Source of the DNA: Wallemia ichthyophaga EXF-994
Lineage: Eukaryota; Fungi; Basidiomycota
DNA: 248,000 nt
Assembly: GCF_000400465.1 (NCBI RefSeq)
Contig: NW_008806276.1
Span: 20,001-268,000, forward strand
Reading direction: 5' to 3'
In this document: in pieces, positions 38,804-51,201 of the stretch
How the letters are laid out: each line of letters opens with the position of its first letter
How positions within the stretch are numbered: the first letter of the stretch is position 1
Translations under genes and position numbers: made by a program
The notes under the pieces: generated by a model
Database searches by the model: none
What the model saw: the letters and a program-made list of their open reading frames with translations, nothing else
Told to the model about the DNA's origin: nothing

Positions 38804-40497
38804 ATGATAAATTGGATTAAAAATGTTAAAAATGAAAAATCTAAAGATATCCCAAGTCCCTCACCGGCTCCATTTCTGATTCCCAAGTATCCTTCCACTC
38901 GGCTTCTAATTCTCCCCTTATCGCTCATCCCACTCGTCGCGTACAGCTACAACGTCTTGATGCCAGCCGTGGTTATGGCTATCGTGGCTTTCTGCAGCTC
39001 TATCACTCTCATCCCCTTATCCTCTCACTGTCTCGCTAGAGTGGGCTTGAGAGGCAGGGATCTCCTTAAACCTTACAAGCAGCTGGTGTGGGTTTGGAAA
39101 TAGCTGCTTATTCCCCCTCTCACCCCCAAAAAGCCCCGAATCTCTCGGCATTGTTCCGGCGTGCGTTTTGATCGTGTTGCTCTTCCTATTCACCCCAGTT
39201 TTCTTCGCGAATCACCTCAAAACACACGCTAGCAATCTACAGCCACAATTTCCTCATCATAAAGTGGGTATTTATTACTCACTCACTCAAGCTCACCTTG
39301 ATAGCTCTCCACTTACCTTTCTGCGTTACTCTCCCTCCAAACTGCAACTCTCCTCGGCTTCTTAGACGACCTATTCGATATTCGCTGGAGGTATAAACTG
39401 CCGATCCCCCTGATTGCCAGTATACCCATGTTAGTTGTGTATTTTGCAGAAGGGTGAGTATTTTTTTTTCACGCTAATGTCTCACCTCATACAAAGACAC
39501 TAAACTTCCATAGCGGCATAACAGACGTCGTTATCCCTTTGCCCTTACGCCAGCTACTGGGCCGGGTGGTGCATCTGGGTAGGTGCGAGCAGCAATGATG
39601 TCATGCGCTGACCACCCCGATAACAGGCCCCCTCTACTACATATACATGGCGATGCTATCTACGTTCTGCACCAACAGCATCAATATTCTTGCCGGCATA
39701 AATGGGATAGAGGTGGCGCAAGCGGTTGTGATAGCGGGGAGTGTCGCCATTAATGATCTCTTACACCTGCCCTTATCGCATGGTTTCGTCAGCCATCTCC
39801 CGCAATTCGCTGCTCATTGGTCATCGACCGCTCTCGTAGGCCCCACTACACAGGAGCAAGCTGAGCGCCACCTCTTCTCCCTCTGCTTCATGCTTCCCCT
39901 TATAGGCGCGTCGCTGGGGCTGCTTTATCATAACTGGTGGGTTGATCACGACATTAATAACTAATTACTTAACTCACCAACTCACCATTTTACAATCTCA
40001 TCCTACTCAGGTACCCCGCACGCGTATTCCCCGGTGATACCTACTGTTATTTCGCCGGCATGGCATTTGCGATAGTGGCGGTCTTAGGGCATTTCTCCAA
40101 AACGTTGCTACTTTTCTTCCTACCGCAAGTGATCAATTTCGGTTTGTCGACCCCGCAGCTATTCGGACTGATGGCATGTCCGCGGCACCGTGTGCCGCGG
40201 TATGTGCATGGCACGGGAGTACTTGAACCGAGTCGGGCGTATTTCGACAAGCCGCCCGCCTTCTATGTGAGCGTGCCGCTGCGTGTGCTGAGCGCCGTAG
40301 GCGTTGTGCAGCTGGAGGTAGGCGGCAACGGACGCATTACTTGCTCTACTAACCTCACCCTCCTCAACGCCTTCCTCTGTCTCTTTGGCAAAATGTCGGA
40401 GCGTCAACTCGCTTCTGTCACCGTCGTCTTCCAAGTTGCTTGTTCTGTCCTCGCTTTTGCTGTTAGATATGGCTTGGCGGGGTTGGTGTATGATTAG
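38804..40497 (+). CDS. ALG7: UDP-GlcNAc:dolichyl-phosphate GlcNAc-1-P transferase
   Basis: FCTNSINILAGINGIE, YPARVFPGDT, FAIVAVLGHFSKTLLLFF, CPRHRVP. Confidence 0.92.
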
Positions 40498-40667
40498 ATG
40501 TAAGTGTAAGTGTAGATATAGATATAGATGGTTTGCGTGTGCATCGAGTGTGTCGCGTGTATTGCATGCCAAGAAATTTATAATATTCACGTCCGCTCCC
40601 GCTGTGGCTGCTTATCTTGTACCAGCACAGCGAACAAAGCACACACTACAACTTAAATATAAAGACA

Positions 40668-41742
40668 ATGGTAAAAATCGGCAGACTAGATTTAAGCAGA
40701 CCGCCGTCGATTCTGCCTAAATTTCTACAGCATCCGTATGCGCGTCGCTTCGAGGGGAACGAGAGTGAGTAGGGGATGTGCGAGCGAGGAGAAGAAACGC
40801 ACCGCTAACACAGCCACAGAGTACGTGACGAGTCGGTGGAAATTTGGAGTGAGTTATGCGATGGACTGGGTGATCTGCGCAGCGTTGCTAGGGTTGCTGT
40901 ACATCATCAACAATGTCCACGGGTACTGGCGGGAATTCGACCTGAACGATGCGAGTATACGCCACTCGCACACGGAGGATGAGCGCGTACCCCTGTGGTT
41001 GCTGGGTATACTCATAGGACTGGTACCGATCGTGGCCAAGATTCTGCTCAGCACGCAATGGTATCGCTCTTACACGGATCTGCACCACGCGCTGCTTGGC
41101 TTTCTCCTCACAGCTGGTCTCACTCTCTCCACTACCACTGCCGTTAAGGTGCTCGTGGGCAGACCGCGCCCAGACCTCATTGCCCGCTGTCAGCCGCGTT
41201 CTGGCGCGTCTAATGCAGACGTCGGTCTTGCTACTGCGGATGTCTGCACACAAACCGACTTTGAACTGCTCCAGGATGGATTCAGGTCGTTTCCCAGCGG
41301 TCATTCCTCCACCTCGTTCGCTCTGCTGGGCTACCTCAGCTTCTACCTCGCGGGCAAAATGCAGGTTTTCGACACCAAGGGACACACAGTCAAGTCGTGG
41401 ATCTGCTGGGCTCCCTGGATCGGCGCCGTCCTTATCGCAGTGTCGCGCACTATGGACTACAGACATCACGCTACGGATATCATTGCAGGCGGCGTTATCG
41501 GCACTTTCTTCGCTTACGTGTGTTATAGACAATACTACCCACATTTGGGTAACGCAATGTGCCACAAACCGCACAACACGAGGTATGTCGAGAGGAAGGA
41601 TGCTTATAGACTGCCGAGGTATCAGGGGGACGGGGTGGACAGTGTGAGTGAGGAAGGAATGCAAATGGGGACGCTCAATGGAGGTGGACTAGTTGGACAG
41701 GAGAACAGGAGAACAGGGACAACAGGAACAAGGAACGTATAA
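40668..41742 (+). CDS. PAP2 family diacylglycerol-pyrophosphate/lipid phosphate phosphatase
   Basis: KVLVGRPRP, SFPSGHSS, SRTMDYRHHATD motifs. Confidence 0.88.
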
Positions 41743-41801
41743 GATAGTCGATGCATCGTTATATTCTAATATACTGCTCTCTATTCGTAGCAAAGTAGCG
41801 G

Positions 41802-42249
41802 CTAATATCCTGCTCTAATGATAGTATATACGTCCTTAGATCGTTGAGTTCGGAGGAGAGTGATTGCTGTGGGAGAGTGAGCTGAGTAAAACCGAATAAA
41901 AACACCTACGATACTGGAATTAGTACGCGTATCCTTAACCGACAATTCCTCTGTCAGAGTTGATTTGAGAGTGTCAAAGTCGCCTTCTAATGCGTCGATC
42001 CTGCTGAATTTGTCGTTCAACTGGAGCGACTCATTCCTGACACTAGCAATATCCCATTTAATGCTCTCATTCGATTTCCTATAATCTTCCAACAGGTACA
42101 TGTATCCACCCATAGACGCAGCTACGAATCCAACGCAGAATCCAAGAACGCTGTGGGAGTGAGTGAGTGCGAGAATACACGCTGATCCACACCAACCCTC
42201 CTCTGAATCCTCCTATTGGTTTCGTGGGCCGTAATTGCGCTGAATTCAT
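41802..42249 (-). CDS. Small single-TM coiled-coil protein, possibly mitochondrial
   Basis: RPTKPIGGFRGG then TM and YLLEDYRKSNE; introns. Confidence 0.6.
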
Positions 42250-42273
42250 CGTAGTTTCTTCCAAACGACGCTG

Positions 42274-43060
42274 ATGGGTGGGCGAGAAGACAGCCAGTAA
42301 ACACAATCTAACAAATCAACAAATTAAAGGACTCCTATCGATTATTCGTAAACAGCGCTACAAATCACGTGAAATGCGTTTCCTATTCTTGTGCGTCGCT
42401 GTGTTATCCGTTATCTGCTATCTAAGCACACAATAGAGGCTTAGACAACGCAGGGAAGACGACAATAATGAAACGCGTCAATGGCGAGGATATAACGTCT
42501 ATTTCACCCACTTTAGGCTTCAATATCAAGACATTTATACATCGTGGCTATACGTTGAATGTTTGTGGGTTGCTGGTGTGTATTCGGTGTACCTTACTCA
42601 TGGTACTCCTCTTCCAGGGGACGTCGGCGGTCAACGCACATTGCGCCCTTATTGGCGTAACTACTTTGAACAGAATGACGCGGTGGTTTGGGTGGTTGAT
42701 TCATCGGATACGCTTAGAATGGATGATTGTCGGAATGAGCTGTTCGATCTACTCAGCGAGGATAGATTGGCTGGTACTACCATACTGATATTCGCAAACA
42801 AGGTTGATATCCACGGTGCAATGAGTGTGGATGATATACGCAGCGCTCTCCAATTGGACAGCATAAAGAGCCACACCTGGAGAATACAGCCCTGCAGCGC
42901 TGTGACGGGTGAGAACTTGTTACAAGGACTCGACTGGGCTGTCGGTGATTGCTCTAAACGCCTTTACTACTCTTCACAGCCAGATTTCACAGAATCGAGC
43001 GGAGATTTAACAAAAAACACTCAAGACACTCAAGAAACACCACCAAAGCTGTTTGGATGA
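42274..43060 (+). CDS. ARL2: ADP-ribosylation factor-like GTPase 2
   Basis: 4-nt first exon ATGG spliced to GACTCC gives MGLLSIIRK; [26 protein letters not shown]. Confidence 0.9.
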
Positions 43061-43084
43061 TTATCGAATGCATGTTTATCGTTT

Positions 43085-43488
43085 CTACCTCTTTGGCGCA
43101 GCCTCTTCTCCATATCTCAACAAACCATGCACACGCTTGCCATGCTGCACCCTCGGTCCCCAAGCCCTGAATTCCTTCTTGGGTTTTGGTTCGTGCGCGA
43201 ATGAATCCGGGTACTCGCCCTGTCTAAACTTCTCCAGGCACCACAACAAATACTTCCTATCCCTGGTAGACAAGCCCATTCTCTCAAAGTCGATGCTCCT
43301 GCGGGTAAACAGCTGCTCCCAGTTCTCTACCTTGCACTTGTCCTGTAGATTTCTACCAAATGAGCTGAGCAAGGTGTGTGTATCGGTGAATTTTCCTGGA
43401 TGGCGTGTAAGTGGGTGCAAAACCAAGCAAATCACCCACCTCTACCCGATGCTATCTGTCTACTGGCGTTTCTGATCAACGTCGTCAT
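43085..43488 (-). CDS. FYV4: Mitochondrial small ribosomal protein mS41 (IGR domain)
   Basis: RDRKYLLWCLEKFRQG, WGPRVQHGKR. Confidence 0.8.
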
Positions 43489-43526
43489 CGTCGTCGTCGA
43501 GGTACAAGCCTTATATCCACACCACC

Positions 43527-44872
43527 ATGTCCCAACAAAACCAAGCTGTTATTCTAATCTCTTTCCCTGGCTCAACTGCCTACCAAGTCTATCAAGACCA
43601 GCGTGTCCCTCTCAGCGCCGGTGTCCTTGACCTAAGCCTTGTCAGTCTCAATTCCACCATCAACTACGACAACCCCACCGAGATATTCGACAGTCAAATG
43701 TCAGGCGGAACTGACTACTGGCTGGTGTTATCCATCAGGGGTGACGAGAAAGCGCACGCGTTCGAGCTAGCACTGCCATCAGGTATCCCTATAGACAGAA
43801 TAGGCGATTGTGGCTACAGCATCCCTTCGCCCACACTCCCTGATGCCTATATCGATATTGAACTCCCCGAGAAGCATTCAGACGAGGACAAGGAGAGCCT
43901 CGAGGTTATCCTCGGCTCCTACGCCAGTCTCCCCGTCCCACAAGCTCAGAGTGATTTGCGCGGCAAACTCTGTCTCGTCGATACCCAAGACGGCCAAATA
44001 TTAGGTTCGCTCGATGAGGCTCAGTCGGGCGCTCCCGTTGAAGACCCTTCACTGAGCGAGACGGGTAACGAAAAACACCCAGTCGTAGTCGATTTCCCTG
44101 ACCAGCCTGACGAATCCATCCGCGTATCTGCCGCTAAAGACCCCTCGCTGATGATTCGCAGCAGCAACTACGTCAGTCAGACCATTATCGGAGGTGGGTG
44201 GAGTCGAGCTGGTGTAGCAACGATGTACTAACACACTAACGCACACAGGCGGCAACCTCCTCGGAAAAGGGCTCGCAGCCGGCTCGCAAACCTTTGTTGC
44301 CAAGACCAAGACGGGCGAGAAACCGCTCGTGTTTTCGGAGAACTCGCGCAAGAACGCGGCGCGCGTGCACAAACTCACCGGTCAAGTAGCTAGTGTGTCG
44401 GCCAAGACGAGCGGTGTAATTGCCGACTCTGCGCGCGGTGTTGGCGCGTACGTCTCTGGTAAGGGCAAGAAAGACGACAAGGAGGATAAGAAGCCGGGTG
44501 AGTTTGTGTGGAGTGTGTTGCTCAACAACCAGCTAAAGTTACCCTTTAGGCTTCTTTAACAAGGCCTTCACGGCCGTAGATAACGTCTTCACGTCGGTAG
44601 AAGAGGCCAGCAAGACTTTCGTTAGCGATGCTTCCATGGCAGGGAGTGTTATGGCTGCTCATAAATACGGCCCAGACGCTGGCAAGGCCGTTAGAGGCGT
44701 CGGTGACTCGGTCCATAACGCCGCTATTGTCTACATTGACGTCAAGGGCGTGTCGAGAAAGGCACTCATCAAATCTGCTGGCAAAGGCGCCGTCTTTGGT
44801 GGTAAACAGAGCGCCGCACCTGCTAATACCGCCGATCCTTCGCCTTCGCCTTCTTTACCATCCAAGAATTAG
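43527..44872 (+). CDS. Spartin/senescence-domain protein
   Basis: C-terminal senescence-type helices (HKYGPDAGK, IDVKGVSRKALIK). Confidence 0.72.
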
Positions 44873-45169
44873 ATATCTTTACGAGTTTTGTATCATGACC
44901 AATATTACCTAGATGCCATGCGGTATAGCACAATTCCTAAGAAAATCAGGCTGTTTGAATAATGATACACACGTTCAAGACTGGAAGAGCTGATAATGTA
45001 CAAAGCATAATACATGATTGTGATACCGTATGTTATTTGCGTCTAGGTGTATGTGAAGGCTATGAGGGCTACTTGTCTACCGGAGAAGAGTATACTAGTT
45101 GTACGTGTTGTCCTGTTTCCATGTCTGTGCTTTCTATCCGTCTATCCTCTCTGGTGAGCACAAGTCCCC

Positions 45170-45900
45170 AGCAGCTACACATGTTAGCTGTGTATCGAGA
45201 ATAAGAATGCTACAACTTACATATATCCAATGAGCGTAGAGATGAAGCAAAACTGCTTTCGTCAGCGAATAAGATCACAACAAAGCACTCCTCACAAGAA
45301 CAGCTAAATCGAGAAGAACGTTGAGCAGGGTTGATGTAGAATTGTTCAAGGCTGGTGGTAGGAAGAATGCTGAGCTGTTTATTAGACGCCATTGAGCAGT
45401 TGAATCACCGCACCAATCAAGCCACCGAGTTGATCAACAGCAGCAGCAGCAGCAGGATCAGCATCAGCATTAACAACATTTGCAATCTCAATCATTTACA
45501 ACGTTGGCTGCTCCACTTGAAGACATCCCTTTACAAACTCAACCGACATCTCGCAGTCACATCCGGTGCTTCAGGCACCTTATCGACTGATTCTTGTGAC
45601 AGATTAAATTAGCCTGAGCTTGAGCTTGAGTTTCAAGTTGAATTAATTACGATAGAATTTACAGTAAAAGTTGAAAGTAACTTCTGTGCTCCCTCATTCA
45701 TTCAAATCCTACCCTCATAGCACCCTTTCCACTCGCTTACCATTTTTACGCCTCGTGATCTTGAGGCGCGAGACATTCAGCGGATTGATGCAGCGGCTTG
45801 AAACAACGGAGATAGCGATTTATGGAAAATTATGCTTATGGTCAGGAGGCGTATCAGCTAGAGTACTTCAAGACGCTTCATTCGAGTAGCTAGAGATGGA
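45170..45900. repeat. Diverged repeat W (copy 1), probable decayed gene on minus strand
   Basis: Clearly alignable with 57640-58340 (e.g. gatgaagcaaaactgcttt, cacaagaacagc) but with many substitutions and indels. Confidence 0.75.
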
Positions 45901-46244
45901 AGACAGGATTGAATGCTCATAGTGTAACTGAATCAGTGTTACATTCGGCATCCTGATCACCTATTATAAATCGTCCTTCCTGCCCTCTCCATGACTTAAT
46001 TTCACTGCTACCATCGCCCAGATGCAATCGATTATGTTGATTCTACAGCAATTAGACGCACCACGAGAAGGCCATTTTGATCTGCTTTCACTCCACTCTA
46101 CTCAAAGGATGTACCCATTTCGACACTGACAAGCTCGCGTCGATATACTGCGCCTCCTTTGACGCGAAGTATCATTCCTTGGTCGAGTGTATAAATAAGG
46201 CTGTTCTTTTTCACTATCTCTCATCCCGCTTCTGCCACTTAAGT

Positions 46245-46616
46245 ATGAAGTTTCCAGTCACTTTAGTTCTATTAGTCGCTGTTCTTTGTTGTCTTGTCGA
46301 AGCAGCCAAGCGCCGGGGGTACAATAGAGGCATCCTCGACAAGAAAGGTATGATGCAAAAGAGAGGTATCCTCGGTAAGAAGGAATTTGGCAAGAGATAC
46401 ATCCTCGATAAGAGCGAATACGTCAAGAGAGGCGGATTGACTGATATCCTGGACAAGAGAGATATCTACCGCAGACAAGAAAATAATTACGACTTCGACG
46501 AACTGACAGACATGAAGAGGGGTATCCTCAGTCGTCAAGATAACGATGACCTCGAGGAACTTTCAGCCATCAAGAGAGAGATTCTCAAGCGTCAAGATGA
46601 TGAAACGCTCGAATGA
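46245..46616 (+). CDS. Secreted Kex2-processed repeat-peptide precursor (KEP-like), copy A
   Basis: Signal peptide MKFPVTLVLLVAVLCCLVEA followed by many KR/RR sites and GILDK/GILGK/YILDK/DILDK/GILSR/EILKR repeats. Confidence 0.75.
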   Translation: MKFPVTLVLLVAVLCCLVEAAKRRGYNRGILDKKGMMQKRGILGKKEFGKRYILDKSEYVKRGGLTDILDKRDIYRRQENNYDFDELTDMKRGILSRQDNDDLEELSAIKREILKRQDDETLE

Positions 46617-46801
46617 CTAGCTATTGGGTAAATATCAGGTCCACTCGCCATATTTTTAATATGATTCTCTGAATTCACGATTGTATGTTTTAGAAATAAA
46701 TGTTGTTTACTGTAATTAATGAAAGACATTAAAGATATCAGAGGGGTATATAAATAATCTAAAAGAGTGCAATAGCACTGACCGGACTCGCCTTGAAGGC
46801 G

Positions 46802-47119
46802 TCAGTACGAGAGCGAGTATTGATTAGTGTGTTTGAAATCATAGACCATTACGCTGAGCTCGTAGATGTAGTCGTTGAGGTCGTCGCGCTCCTGCTTCAA
46901 TTGCTTGTTGAAACTTCTCAAGTACTCAACTTCAGCTTTCAAGGAGGATTGCAAGCGTTGACGTTCGCCGTGCCGAGTATTGCAGCAGAGATGCAGAGAC
47001 TCCGCCTCATTCTTAGTAATTTCTGAGCCAGAGACATCGCGTACAATGTCTATTCCTGTTAGCAAGTGCTGATATAGATCACAATCAATCGTCTTACTTT
47101 TCTCGCTTTTTTGGATCAT
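46802..47119 (-). CDS. Small hypothetical coiled-coil protein, copy A
   Basis: 105-aa ATG ORF, preserved in copy B. Confidence 0.4.
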   Translation of the reverse strand: MIQKSEKSKTIDCDLYQHLLTGIDIVRDVSGSEITKNEAESLHLCCNTRHGERQRLQSSLKAEVEYLRSFNKQLKQERDDLNDYIYELSVMVYDFKHTNQYSLSY

Positions 47120-47363
47120 TTATGCAGTGAGGATATAAGAGGAGAAGAAACTGAGTAGACTCTGCACGGACTGCGTGGTCCCGCTCGGAATCCGCTCATA
47201 CGAATCTAGGGTGGTGAAAATCCGTGCCTGGAAACATCACAAGTATGTTTCCGGTAACAGTCGATGTTAAGCCTTCCTCAAACACTTGCAGATAAATGTT
47301 CAAGTAATATTGCGTGTATTATCTATCAACATCTCTATCAAGCTACTTATTACGAAGACATGA

Positions 47364-47704
47364 TCAGCTATCCTGCCTCTCGAGCTCATCTAGTACCTTG
47401 TACGCTCCCTTCTCTTCCAATGCCTTGATGAAAAGGATCCGTGCCATCTCGTCGTCCCCGAAGCGATGGAGCTTAAGCACCTCATTTCGGTAGTCAGGCC
47501 TAACTCCGAAAAGAGCGTGTGCAGCTGTATCCGTATCCAGCGAGAAGTTTGCGTTTGAGTGGGAGCGTGAATAACTACCAAAAGCACTCTTGATGTCGAG
47601 CATGTCAGGTTGATCTTCTTCGATAGCAAAATTAAACTTACAGATACCGGAGCAGCAAGCACAGAGCCTAAAACTATCCCAGTAAAGGCTGCTGCAAGCT
47701 TCAT
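47364..47704 (-). CDS. Small secreted protein, copy A
   Basis: Signal peptide MKLAAAFTGIVLGSVLAAP, GTAAGT donor, downstream exon DTDTAAHALFG...ELERQDS. Confidence 0.55.
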
Positions 47705-47906
47705 GAGTTGAAGATGTGGCGGATGTAAGTTCTCGCTGAGCAAAAGCTCCCGAGGGGGAAGCTTTCGGGTAAAAGCATACGCTAGCTCTTCTAATAATTT
47801 TAAATGATGATGTCATTTAATAATTAGGAGCATAAAGAGTCGTAAATGGCTATCATTGTATTATCGTAAATATTGGCACATTTCAATTACATCAAAGAAT
47901 CAAATA

Positions 47907-48506
47907 TTATCCCCCGCATGTTCCGTGAATAAGGAATCTCGAAAACCCTTCAATGTTTGACCTACCTTCGAGAAATAACTGGCTACCTCCGCAGGGAGTT
48001 TTGCTCCAATTAATAGTCTTATCTGAGTGATGATTAAGCACGGCATATCCATGCCAACTATCGTCAAAGTTTTGCTTTATACATTTAGTAGATTCCTTCG
48101 GTTTCTCGTTTGTTAATTTTTGGTTCATCGCACTTGATATCTTTTCCAAATGTGGATACTTGGTACATGAATTTTCGACGTGGAATTTGTAAGTGTTGTC
48201 TGATATTGCCGTTTCAATCACATTACATCTATATGTATACCAATCATAGATGGCAATGCCACTGTCATACGCAGCTCTCAGACCAAATGACAAGATTCCG
48301 ATAGAGAACCAGATTGGAACCTGATGCGTTGGAGAGCTATTGACAGGCAAATATTTAGGAAAAACCACGCGCATACTTTGAGATATAGAGTAAAAAATAG
48401 AAACATTTTCGAATGTCAAGCATTCATTATGAATGAAGTAGTTAGTGATAAGCTTGAGAAATAATGCTGCGCAATTGATGGCTATGACTTTGTGAATCGT
48501 TACCAT
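47907..48506 (-). CDS. Secreted Cys-containing protein, possibly CSS2/DUF6736-like, copy A
   Basis: Hydrophobic N-terminus; YKFHVENSC...ISSAMN.KL...TKCI...SWHGY...CGG pattern. Confidence 0.55.
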   Translation of the reverse strand: MVTIHKVIAINCAALFLKLITNYFIHNECLTFENVSIFYSISQSMRVVFPKYLPVNSSPTHQVPIWFSIGILSFGLRAAYDSGIAIYDWYTYRCNVIETAISDNTYKFHVENSCTKYPHLEKISSAMNQKLTNEKPKESTKCIKQNFDDSWHGYAVLNHHSDKTINWSKTPCGGSQLFLEGRSNIEGFSRFLIHGTCGG

Positions 48507-48938
48507 ATGATGAGAGTTGAGAGGATAGGACGCGACAGTGGATAGGCTGCTCGAAAGATTTCAATAATGATAACATTTCGTCTTTGACATTAATTCTGAT
48601 TACTTACTGAACACCCACTTCCAACTCCCAAACCTCTAGATGAGACGCTTCAATTTTAAACTTAGAATTCCATAAACCGTAATTGTTTATTCAATTTACT
48701 TGAAGCTCCTCCGGCTGAAACTTTGTGTCATTTTGTCTACGACAACAGGAAACGCCCAATATTGAGACAATGACGCATTAAAGTACACGCCTTTTTATTT
48801 GTTTACAAGCTTCAGCCGAATCACTTGGCAGTTTCATTAAATGACGAGATGTGATGATAGAAGTGAGAAACATCAGCCCAGCTGGCTTTATAAGAAGCGC
48901 TATATCTTTCTTTCTTCTTCACAACTAAGAAAATTGAA

Positions 48939-49659
48939 ATGTACTTCAACAACGTCAAAGCTCTCGCCGTTCTCGCCTTTACTAGCGCCATCGTATTAGT
49001 AGCCGCTGCACCTAACCCAGCTGGCAACATCTCGTATCGCGGAGATGTAGGAGATGTCGGTCACAAGAATGAAAACTCTGAAAAGGGTGTGGATGCCAAG
49101 AACAACGATAATTACGACAAATACGATAAGCAAGACAAGGAATCTCACGAAGAGGCGCTCAAGAAGCACAGCAAAGAGGTCGAAAAGCAGAAAATGCTGA
49201 CGAAAGAAGCTGCCGAAAAGAACAAAGCAAATGACAAGGTTGGTAATGACGAAGCTTGCTGAAAATTGGCTTACACAGTAATAGAACCAGAAGACAGACG
49301 AGTACTGGAAGGGTGAGAAGAAAGATGACAACACGTACGACAACAAGTCTGGTAATAAGAAGCAAGACAATCAGTACGACACCAGTAAGAAACAAGATTC
49401 TGGCAAGCACGATACCGACATGAAACAAGAGCACTACAACGACAAAAAGCAAGACAATCACTACGACACCAGTAAGAAACAAGATTCTGGCAAGCACGAT
49501 ACCGACATGAAACAAGAGCACTACAACGACAAAAAGCAAGACAATCACTACGACACCAGTAAGAAACAAGATTCTGGCAAGCACGATACCGACATGAAAC
49601 AAGAACACGACAACGACAAGAAGCAAGACAATCATTACGATACCGACAAGAAAGACTAA
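48939..49659 (+). CDS. Secreted D/K/H-rich repeat protein, copy A (2 full 29-aa units)
   Basis: Signal peptide MYFNNVKALAVLAFTSAIVLVAAAP; intron 49239-49284; MKQEHYNDKKQDNHYDTSKKQDSGKHDTD units. Confidence 0.78.
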
Positions 49660-50010
49660 GCTTCGATTGTTTGTTAAGCTTATTGTACACTGTGTTCATG
49701 AATGATTCTATCATTGAACAAAGATATTAATTTTGAGTATTCAGCAAGGTGCTTTGTTCTTTACCCCGATAGGGCCTCTCGCTTATCAAGCTATTCCAAA
49801 AATAAAATCTTACTTATCCCAGCTGAGTTTGAACCCTTCAAGTTTGTCTCCTTTGTTCCACACTCTCACTACCGTAATTGATCCCTAAATCCGTCTTATC
49901 CACCTTATTTAACACAAGATACTTGACATGGACAAGCGAGATATCTAAGCGACCGTGACTATCTACCTATACAGTAATTCAAGACCACATCTAGCTCAAA
50001 TAACATCGGG

Positions 50011-51201
50011 ATGAAGTTGGAATTAGTCGCGATAGCTGCAATTATTCAGTTTGTCTTAGCGAAAGAGCCCTGGGATGACTTTAAGCATATCAAGGCATCG
50101 TTATTTGCTAATATAGTCACTTTTCACATTAAGAACACCATCATTGCTTGACGGACAAAAGTCAGAATTTTGATATTGCTGTTAATGGTATACCTTTTGA
50201 TACAAGCGTGTCATACTGAACAGGGGCCAGATTCGGACCGAATAGTGAGCCAATTCCCAAGCTCGAATATATTGCTGATTTGCTTAGGCATTAGTCAGGG
50301 ATCACGTCACCAAGACCCAGCAAATGCATGGTCGCACTTCTGGGAGGCCAACCCTTACGCGAAAGGGGTCAAAATTTTAGACTGTGGGGATATTCCAGTG
50401 ATTACAGTAGACAACCAGATGTCATAAAAAAGCACCGAAGCTGCGCACGACAATCTTCTCAATCGACCAACTGCAAGTAAGCATCTAAAGCATCCAATGC
50501 TACTCACATTTGGAGGTGACCACTCAATTGAGTTGCCAATTCTGCGTACTCTAAAAAAGGCGCGTAATCCGCGCTATTCATCGAAGTACATTTCCCGACA
50601 CTCATCTCTAGGTACACGGTCCTATATCGCTTATTCAGATCGACTCTCATATCGATACATGGTCTTCAGGCAAAAAGTATGGGTTCAGTGATAAGCACGA
50701 CACAGCACCTGTCTCTCATGGCAACATGCTTTGGCATGCGTCGGAGGAAAATTTGCTTACCTCGAGATCGATCCAAGCTGGAATAAGGACGCGTTTTACA
50801 AAAGAAAGGGATATTACAGATAATAAAGAGTTTGGTATAAAAATGATCACGATCGATGCTATAGATGAAATCGGTGCAAAGGGAATTGCAGATCAAATTA
50901 GAAAAAGGGTCGGCAATACGGCAGCCTATTTGACAATTGATATAGACTCAGTTGATCCTGCCTTTGCCGGCGCCACTGGAACACCCGAGCCTGGTGGGCT
51001 TACCACGCGCGAAGCCAAGACTATTTTAAGGAATCTGAAGGGTTTAAATTTTGTTGGGGCAGATATAGTCGAAGTTATTCACCATATGACGCTGGAAGTG
51101 AGCTAAGACAGATGGTCGCGGCTGATGTGGCACATGAAATTCTTCAATTACTGACTACGTCACCAATTATGGAATCCAGCGTAATTCACGATGAGTTGTG
51201 A
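50011..51201 (+). pseudogene. Agmatinase/ureohydrolase pseudogene, copy A
   Basis: ILDCGDIP, FGGDHSI, IDIDSVDPAFA..TGTPEPGG motifs broken by stops and frameshifts; terminal HDEL. Confidence 0.78.
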
